Source: Bdellovibrionales bacterium
Lineage (GTDB): Bacteria; Bdellovibrionota; Bdellovibrionia; Bdellovibrionales; JAGQZY01
Length of the DNA: 64,000 nucleotides
Reading direction: 5' to 3'
Assembly (NCBI GenBank): GCA_964229765.1
Contig: CAXREJ010000044.1
Span: 133,426 to 197,425, forward strand
The position numbers and the translations under genes were made by a program. This document shows, piece after piece, positions 58,401 through 64,000 of the stretch. Within the stretch, counting starts at the first letter, position 1, and the number at the start of each line of letters is the position of its first letter. Under the pieces are notes generated by a model. That model made no database searches and was not told the origin of the DNA. It saw only the letters and a program-made list of their open reading frames with translations.

Positions 58401-58487
58401 GAGTCCATCATCACCTTGTTTACAAGAGTTAGACAACAATGCAAAAGTAACTAAAAATAAACAATAAAACGTACGACGTGAAATCAT
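55482..58487 (-). CDS. Large surface lipoprotein with N-terminal Ig/PKD-like modules and many NHL-type beta-propeller repeats
   Basis: Lipobox LLSNSC/KQG. Repeated ...YTWLLNG.../...TWNVEINY Ig-like modules. More than 10 NHL-like units such as PYGLFVDTNGIYVT, PTGITYEDSTNTLFIADQHNQTIRSV and PSGVTFDGNGDLYIGDTYNHVIRKV. Confidence 0.65.
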   Translation of the reverse strand: MISRRTFYCLFLVTFALLSNSCKQGDDGLGILAGEGGTTTVVGGDLEITSYIPGSNNIIIEINETKDFVITAISPYPAQLTYSWTLNGQPIGATNVVSLTGDVSNVGSYTLVAQASDNTTTKSRTWNIKINGPPVITPVTTGTPKVAYDGTLNINATASDPNSDSLTYTWLLNGATSSLLTGVSGTGTLTGDPTEVGNATITLNVSDGTRSSQYTWNVEINYFNQACNQLQTGQICTFAGGAHKGNQLAANNTQFPLRFRPFKFHQESNGNLFISDLDSMVVWYWNQTGAPVTRIGQTIPAGVIQVVAGTGEDATGAIGIPATQSPLNNPYGLWYDEVGDRLFIAEYDGHQVKFVNSSGVVFTGMGGSNSHVDGDSAYNHDCNRPVDLFGYAGSLYVTCYDHHRVKRWDLSTDLAYVVAGDGGADGAGENIAATSGGMRRPYGLFVDTNGIYVTLYDLDVVRFVNHSGGPINFWAGNPDALTVSNGNVATIMGDGGTGNTPATGNPLSSPIGLPTSVFVRNLNEIYVSGRQRHHLVLGNNSPAPITIDAQTIPNGQLGRFSSISGGYNGVNFGVNSTRFNQPYHLAINPINNSELLIADYTNYRVRAVDIASGSIANLLGSGSGKNGFTNDAEKPHFQHLLDYPTGITYEDSTNTLFIADQHNQTIRSVNPYGLLKTVVGNGDAAGDPIIDDDFPGGAPMRTTFNGNDTTITAFDLLPDGSLLQLNSDGHNLRLWNRTQTGNTYFNQYITSDRITTLAGNYASPGTSDGNGVSAQMDHPNSARFYDNGGNPEVFIADSNNHCIRKLDNTGNVTTVLGLCGTSGNPGFDVAEAAARFNRPKDIAIDSLGNLFISDFSNHHIWYWNRTAAPVNIGPTTINANRVKVIACISGTGGSPNENVLATSARCNQPVGLALYNNQLCYAQRNRHNVRCIDTTTGFVNTVAGRSENSPSGGSTFDFSQEGILATSATLLYPSGVTFDGNGDLYIGDTYNHVIRKVKLSP

Positions 58488-58670
58488 AGTACTTTATCGG
58501 TTAATTACTGGAACAACTTAACTATTCTCATTTTAAGAAACCGGCTAGAAATCAAAGAGGATAGTTATCTTGAGTCAACAATGGCTTACTTGAGAAAATA
58601 ATTTTCATTCAGTGCATATGGTTCTCAATTTGAGAGAATGATCTCTCATCCTGAGCGAGGAAAAAGGAGT

Positions 58671-58700
58671 ATAAATCTCCTCTTCCCAGAGAGGAGATTC
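58671..58700 (-). terminator. Hairpin terminator after the 567-aa lipoprotein gene
   Basis: aatctcctct-tcccag-agaggagatt. The T-tract on the minus strand is weak. Confidence 0.45.
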
Positions 58701-58706
58701 ATCGTA

Positions 58707-60365
58707 TTACTTGCACTTTCCTTGATAGTACCACTTTTGTCGTCCTCTCAAATAAGCTTTCTTTGAGTCTGACATTTTCTTGTAACAAGCGGCTCGACGT
58801 TCTGCGCCTGCGGTGTCAAAGATCTTCTTTAAATCCAAGTTAAGAAGTGGATTGGGTTTTTTGTGTTTTTCATTGTGGTCAAGAATGGCCATTTTGTCGG
58901 CATGTTCTTTTTCCCTTTGATCTCTTTCAGCCCAATTAGATGCCATATTGGCAGCAACTTTTTTGCGAATTCTTTCGGATTCCTTTTTATAAGCTTCTTC
59001 TTTTGCCATTCGTTCTTGTCTTGCCTTTTCGTTGGCAATCATTTTATTTTGTTTTTGAATCAAGACATTTTGGGCTTTTTCTATAGAAGAAAAGCTATTG
59101 TTTTTTTCATAAGAAGAAAGGCTATGCTGCTTCCATTCTTTTTTATGAAAGTAATAGTCTTCATTAAGGCCTTGGAAAAGAGTAACCTTGGTTTCAACAA
59201 GTTGGCCTTTACTATCAGTGGCTCCTGTGAATAATGGCAAAGCAATCATTTCACGATGAAAATTGGTTGGATCTTTTTTCAATTCCGCAATTACTTTTAA
59301 GGGATCCCCTGGGTGAGCGTGAAAGTCATACCAATTGGTCGATTTATAGTTTCCTTTTTTATCTTGAAATAAAAAAGTTGTTGATCGGTGAAGTGGAACT
59401 GTCTTGCCAGGAGCATACTGATAGCCGGCAAAAACACCCGAGTGCACCTTATTAGGGTCAGGTTTGACGATAACTCCTAAAAAATCTCCATGATCTTTTG
59501 TCGCATCAAACAGCTGATCTTTTCCGTAATGCACGATGGGCATATAGACATCATCCCCTTTGTGAATCCATGGTCTAACATCATAAGGGAATTTTCCAGA
59601 TCCATAATGTGTTTTTTGATAAAAATAGTGTACTTTTTCAAAAGGAATAGAGGATCCGACTTTATTACCATCAGCACTATAAACTTGATAAAAAATCTTA
59701 TCTCCCATTTTATGACGAACCATACGGGTTGAGTTGTTGGCAAGAATAGTGTGTGTTGAGGTCAGTGTATGAACGGGAGGAAAAAGGGCTTTTCTTTTGG
59801 GATCATTATCTACATTTTCAACCTTTTTTATAATGTCGAGATTGCTCGAAAGAATATAGTAGGTTTTCATGGAGTCTGAAAAAGCTCCCGAGTAATAGCG
59901 TAGGTGAGCCGGAACATTTTCTGTGATGGGTGAGCCATTAAAAACCTTACCAGCCTCTAAATACTCTATAGGAGTTTGGGTTGTTACATTTGTTTTTAAA
60001 TTATAAATGCTATAATTTTTGTCTCCGTATTTTTTGAATAGAAAAGTATGGTTACGAGAATAGCGTTCAATCCAAATATGCTCATAGATAGGATCGAAAG
60101 AAAATTTACGGTCCAAAGTACTTACACCCATATAGGTTTTTCCCTCCTGCCAAGAGGGATAGAGTTTTGGCATTCCTTTTTTATAAGTAATACTACATGT
60201 GAATAGCTTTTTTTCATCTCCCTGTTTGTAGGAGAAACTATTGTTTTGGCATTTTGCCGACTTTTCCCAATTTAATTTTTCAGGAACGGTGTAGCCTCCA
60301 TAGCCATTGCCCATGCAGCCTGATAAAATAAAAAAAAGTAAATAGAAAAGACTGTAATTTTTCAT
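58707..60365 (-). CDS. Hypothetical lipoprotein with a K/E-rich C-terminal coiled coil
   Basis: ATG 60365 with AGAGGA upstream. Lipobox FFILSGC/MGNG. The C-terminal ~110 aa are a charged helix (ANEKARQERMAKEEAYKKESERIRKK...). Confidence 0.55.
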   Translation of the reverse strand: MKNYSLFYLLFFILSGCMGNGYGGYTVPEKLNWEKSAKCQNNSFSYKQGDEKKLFTCSITYKKGMPKLYPSWQEGKTYMGVSTLDRKFSFDPIYEHIWIERYSRNHTFLFKKYGDKNYSIYNLKTNVTTQTPIEYLEAGKVFNGSPITENVPAHLRYYSGAFSDSMKTYYILSSNLDIIKKVENVDNDPKRKALFPPVHTLTSTHTILANNSTRMVRHKMGDKIFYQVYSADGNKVGSSIPFEKVHYFYQKTHYGSGKFPYDVRPWIHKGDDVYMPIVHYGKDQLFDATKDHGDFLGVIVKPDPNKVHSGVFAGYQYAPGKTVPLHRSTTFLFQDKKGNYKSTNWYDFHAHPGDPLKVIAELKKDPTNFHREMIALPLFTGATDSKGQLVETKVTLFQGLNEDYYFHKKEWKQHSLSSYEKNNSFSSIEKAQNVLIQKQNKMIANEKARQERMAKEEAYKKESERIRKKVAANMASNWAERDQREKEHADKMAILDHNEKHKKPNPLLNLDLKKIFDTAGAERRAACYKKMSDSKKAYLRGRQKWYYQGKCK

Positions 60366-60522
60366 GTTGTATCCTCTTAAGATGCTATTTTCTGATTCTA
60401 TTTGAGCCATTAAAACCTCAATAGACCTAAACTTATCGGACTATTAAAGAGGGAAGTGTAGTGAAACATCTCTTATTATTTATTGATCTGGTGATTAGTC
60501 TGTAGACTCTTTAAAGAATGAT

Positions 60523-63500
60523 TTATTTTGATAATAGTTTTTCAATAGCTTCAAGACGCAGCTTGAGTTCATCAATTTGTCGATCTTTTTCTTTAATTGT
60601 ATTTTCTAGTTTTTTATTTACTGTGGCCAATTGACGATCATTTTCTTTCTTTATTTTTTGTATTTGACGATTTTGTTCGTGATCGGCTGAGCTTAGGTTA
60701 ATATAAGCATGACCATTTGCTAGTAAGTATCCAACTGGGAGATGATCATTGGTATAAATTTGACCATTTTTTATAATCACTTGAGAGTTATCAAAAGGAA
60801 CTTGTCCTGTCAGTGCGACAAGGACTGAGTGCTCATGGTTGGCCAATTCAGAGTTACCGATTACGCCAGGATTGGTAGAAACAAAACCGATAAGATTATC
60901 TCCCGCTTTATAATGTCGTACTTTTCCAGTTTTAATGTTGAGGCCCACTAAGTCGCCAGGTACAAGAACTTCTTCGGCTTCAAAATACTCAGCATAGTCG
61001 GCTCCAGTATTTAATGTTGTTTCCGCTGATATTTGACCACCACTGGGAATAGCACTACAAGTACCATCACTGGTGACACAAACACCACCACCAGCACCAG
61101 AGCCATCTACATGAAACTTGGAAGAAGGTGTTGTTGTTCCAATCCCCACATTACCACTGTTATCAATTGTCATTACAGCATCGGCTGAAGTCGCATCGGC
61201 ATTGTTATCAGCACTATTTTGCAGAAAATGCATTTTACCTCGACCATTGGAATTTGTACGGGAGTAAATTAGACCTCCCTTACCAAGATTACCTGTCGTT
61301 CGCGACGAAGCATCCACTGAAAACAGAAGGCCTGTTGCTGTCGAAGCAACATCAGAACTATTAGATAACCTTAAGGCATAGGCCGTATTTCCAGACGAAC
61401 TACTATCCACACTGAGTTTTGAAGTGGGAACGGTATAACCAATTCCAACGTTACCGGAATTTAACACCGTCAGTTTTGCATCGGTGGCCCACCATGATGT
61501 ACCAAACCCAACATGATAAGAATCAGTTGTACCGATGCTTCCTAGAAAGCCGGCCCCACCCTGACGTGTTCCTGAGTTTGTTGCCACAAGACCACGCGCC
61601 CAGCCTCCTGTGACATTGTCATTCTCAATAACAAATCCTTGATTGGTATCTGCAACCAAATTCACATTGGATGCACTTCCATCGGCTCGAATCGATCCAA
61701 CAACATGAAGTGCTGTTGCTGGTGCCGTTGTTCCAATACCAACATTGCTACCGTCAAATACCATGGTTGGTGCATTCGATTCTTTTTGAAATTTAAGCTT
61801 GTCTGCATCACTTACATCATTATAAATACCCCAGTCCACATTTGTCTGTTCATTGCGGAAGGATATACCAGCATCTTCACCAGTCGCATTATCTCCACCA
61901 ATCATTAGAATTGATGAGGCGCCAGCACTAAGGGATAAATCACCAGGAGAGTTGTTACCTATAAATACACCACCATCATCACCAGGTAATTTGATATGAA
62001 GTATATCACTAGGGTTAGTTGTTCCGATCCCCACATTTCCTGCAGAACTTATAGCAAAAAATGCATTTGCATTTTGAGCTGTCGCTGGATCATGAGTTGC
62101 CGACGGACTACGACTAATAATGTATTTATCAGTACTAGAATAAGGCGTTCCAGCAAACCACTCTTGTGAACCTAGAGTATCTAGCATAAAAACACCTTGA
62201 CCACGAAAGTCAGCGCTACCTCGACTTTCTAAAACAATTTCAGCCGCTGTGTAATTTGAACCAGCGCCAGAAATTCTTAGTCGTGATACACTTGAATCTT
62301 CATAAACCTCAAGCTGCGAAGATGGATTTGTCGTTCCAATTCCCACATTACCGTTCCCATGAATACGCATTGTTTCGGTGTAGCTTGTATTACCATCGCG
62401 ATGTCCAAAGACAATATGGGGAGAATAAGCAGTACTAGAGTTTGCAACGGCACCAATGTATGAAAACTGACGATTGCCAGCTGTGGGTGAAGCGATGAGA
62501 TTTAAAAAAGCTGCTGTGTCATCGAGACTGTTGGTATTTTCAATCATTATAGATGTATTTTGCGTAGCACTTCCAGGGTAAGCAGAAGCTCCTGAGGGTG
62601 TGTAAGCAAAACTTGAGGACTTTTTCAATGTAAGTAATTCTTCCGCTGATGTCGTACCAATCCCGACATTGCCCCCATTGGATACATATAGATGGGGAGC
62701 ATCCGCACTTGAATTGCTTCCACTTAAAGCCAATCCACCATTTTTACCAAAAATAGAGGACATATGAGAATTACTTCCATTGTTATTATCAGATAAGTTG
62801 ATAGCTCCATTACCACTGGCGCTAGCTCCGTCTGTGACCGAAACTAAACCATGACTATGAAATTTAGAAAGAGGACCCGATGTACCAATAGCTATATTTC
62901 CTCCATTAGCAATTCTCATGTATTCAGTAAATCTTGGAGTGTCTGCACTATGATAGCGTCCCAGTCGTATGTGTGAGTTGTGGGCAGCGATGATAGCATT
63001 TTCATTGGACTGAGAGTCTCTTCCCAGTATAAGAGAGCGACTAGCGGATCGGCGACTTAGGGAAAACATGGGCACCATTTCTGTCGCGTCACTTCCACTA
63101 AGATCAGTGCTATCCCAAACTGTGAGAAGGTCAGATGGATTATTAGTTCCAATACCTAAGCTACCAGAAGTAATAAACGTATGACCCGTGCCTTTAGGTG
63201 TGAGATTTAAATCAACATTAGCATCACTTCCTGCAGCGGCTATGGTAGGACCATTGCCAGTCGCCCCTGCTTTAATTTCAACATAATTTACTCCACTGGC
63301 AGTATGTGTAATTCTCAATCCTTCTACGCCATCGGCAACAAAGCCTACAGCTCCATTTGTTGGACGAAACATTCCAGTATTAGAATCACCTTGGAAGGCA
63401 AAAGAGGGAGCATTGTTTGTTCCTGTTGTAGCATGCATTCGTCCGTTTTCTGTGACTTCGGCTACTGTTGCACCATCGTTTTGAAAAAGTACTCCGCCAT

Positions 63501-64000
63501 CACCAGTGGAACCATCCGCATCCGTATTGATTACATAATTAGAGTCCGAACTATTTGAGGTCGATGTCATTGTCCCTTCAAAAGCGGTGGCTTTAACAGT
63601 ACCAACAACTTCTAATTTTTCTGTCGGATTAGTAGTTCCAATCCCAATGTTACCATCTGAGTTAATTCGCATTCGTTCAGCAAATGTTCCTGCCCCAGTT
63701 TGTTGAACCCAAGCATAAGAAGGTGAGTAGGAGCCAGCACCGGCTGTCGAGAAAGCACCAACGTAGAACTTTTGGGCATTGGCATTTCCATTGACAACGT
63801 TGTAATTGATAAAAGAAGAATTTCCATCAACACCCCAGCCGTTATTAATGTTGATCAAATTATAAGGTTCTGTGTTAGGTGTGTAGGTTGAATTACTTCC
63901 ACTGGAAAAACTAAAAAAACCACTTTTCAAATTAAAGTCCATATTACCAGGACCCCAGCCTCCAGCGCCATCTCCCACTTCCATGTAAATACTTCCACCA
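60523..64000 (-). CDS. Phage-tail-fibre-like giant surface protein with a C-terminal Peptidase_G2-type intramolecular-chaperone-like domain and coiled coil (5' end outside the window)
   Basis: The frame stays open to the window edge. Nine copies of the motif G(N/S)(V/I)(G/A)IGT(T/S)xP(S/T)xxLxV are spaced about 75-100 aa apart. GADYAEYFEAEE is encoded at 60973-61005, followed by a beta-rich segment and a terminal coiled coil (KKLENTIKEKDRQIDELKLRLEAIEKLL). Confidence 0.7.
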   Translation of the reverse strand, partial: GGSIYMEVGDGAGGWGPGNMDFNLKSGFFSFSSGSNSTYTPNTEPYNLININNGWGVDGNSSFINYNVVNGNANAQKFYVGAFSTAGAGSYSPSYAWVQQTGAGTFAERMRINSDGNIGIGTTNPTEKLEVVGTVKATAFEGTMTSTSNSSDSNYVINTDADGSTGDGGVLFQNDGATVAEVTENGRMHATTGTNNAPSFAFQGDSNTGMFRPTNGAVGFVADGVEGLRITHTASGVNYVEIKAGATGNGPTIAAAGSDANVDLNLTPKGTGHTFITSGSLGIGTNNPSDLLTVWDSTDLSGSDATEMVPMFSLSRRSASRSLILGRDSQSNENAIIAAHNSHIRLGRYHSADTPRFTEYMRIANGGNIAIGTSGPLSKFHSHGLVSVTDGASASGNGAINLSDNNNGSNSHMSSIFGKNGGLALSGSNSSADAPHLYVSNGGNVGIGTTSAEELLTLKKSSSFAYTPSGASAYPGSATQNTSIMIENTNSLDDTAAFLNLIASPTAGNRQFSYIGAVANSSTAYSPHIVFGHRDGNTSYTETMRIHGNGNVGIGTTNPSSQLEVYEDSSVSRLRISGAGSNYTAAEIVLESRGSADFRGQGVFMLDTLGSQEWFAGTPYSSTDKYIISRSPSATHDPATAQNANAFFAISSAGNVGIGTTNPSDILHIKLPGDDGGVFIGNNSPGDLSLSAGASSILMIGGDNATGEDAGISFRNEQTNVDWGIYNDVSDADKLKFQKESNAPTMVFDGSNVGIGTTAPATALHVVGSIRADGSASNVNLVADTNQGFVIENDNVTGGWARGLVATNSGTRQGGAGFLGSIGTTDSYHVGFGTSWWATDAKLTVLNSGNVGIGYTVPTSKLSVDSSSSGNTAYALRLSNSSDVASTATGLLFSVDASSRTTGNLGKGGLIYSRTNSNGRGKMHFLQNSADNNADATSADAVMTIDNSGNVGIGTTTPSSKFHVDGSGAGGGVCVTSDGTCSAIPSGGQISAETTLNTGADYAEYFEAEEVLVPGDLVGLNIKTGKVRHYKAGDNLIGFVSTNPGVIGNSELANHEHSVLVALTGQVPFDNSQVIIKNGQIYTNDHLPVGYLLANGHAYINLSSADHEQNRQIQKIKKENDRQLATVNKKLENTIKEKDRQIDELKLRLEAIEKLLSK

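Noticed and set aside
60523-64000. Prophage or phage remnant
   Set aside because: Only the fibre-like gene has phage character. The visible flank holds lipoprotein genes and no integrase, capsid, tail or lysis genes. The upstream side is outside the window, so this cannot be fully excluded.

Overview
This is a low-GC (high-30s % by eye) chromosomal segment from a flagellated Gram-negative bacterium. The Gram-negative call rests on Lgt/LspA, several beta-barrel outer-membrane ORFs ending in Phe, and many lipoproteins. The surface-protein content (a phage-fibre-like giant protein, an NHL-repeat lipoprotein) is reminiscent of Bdellovibrio-like predators, but this cannot be verified from sequence alone.

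Layout:
- 1-17.2 kb: housekeeping genes (prmA, rsmE, purD, glmU, glmS, trmFO) plus an NtrC-type sigma-54 two-component pair.
- 17.3-32.1 kb: one long plus-strand flagellar operon. It starts at a sigma-54-type promoter and encodes an AMIN-TPR secreted protein, a sigma-54 activator with no N-terminal domain, then flgB, flgC, fliE, fliF, fliG, fliH, fliI, fliJ, a MotE/YlxF-like gene, fliK, flgD and flgE. A strong terminator follows.
- 32-48 kb: alanine/Na+ symporter, HU, an ECF sigma/NrsF-like pair facing a spondin_N-like gene, lgt-lspA-ileS, PBP1A, a DUF507 pair and a porin-like OMP.
- 48.5-53.8 kb: a tightly coupled operon encoding a PEGA/TPR lipoprotein, MotA, MotB, a membrane-anchored FliG-like protein and a small OM barrel, followed by an M23-like gene.
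- 54-64 kb: four consecutive minus-strand genes for large secreted proteins or lipoproteins. The last is a phage-tail-fibre-like protein of at least 1150 aa, truncated by the window edge.

No rRNA, tRNA, CRISPR array, transposase or integrase was recognised.

Most interesting observations:
1. The MotAB-linked, membrane-anchored FliG paralogue (a possible self-anchored rotor-like partner for a second stator).
2. A GC-rich, hairpin-dense 340-nt intergenic island at 35.4-35.7 kb with internal repeats.
3. The fibre/NHL surface-protein island.

All functional calls come from motif recognition by eye. No database search was run.
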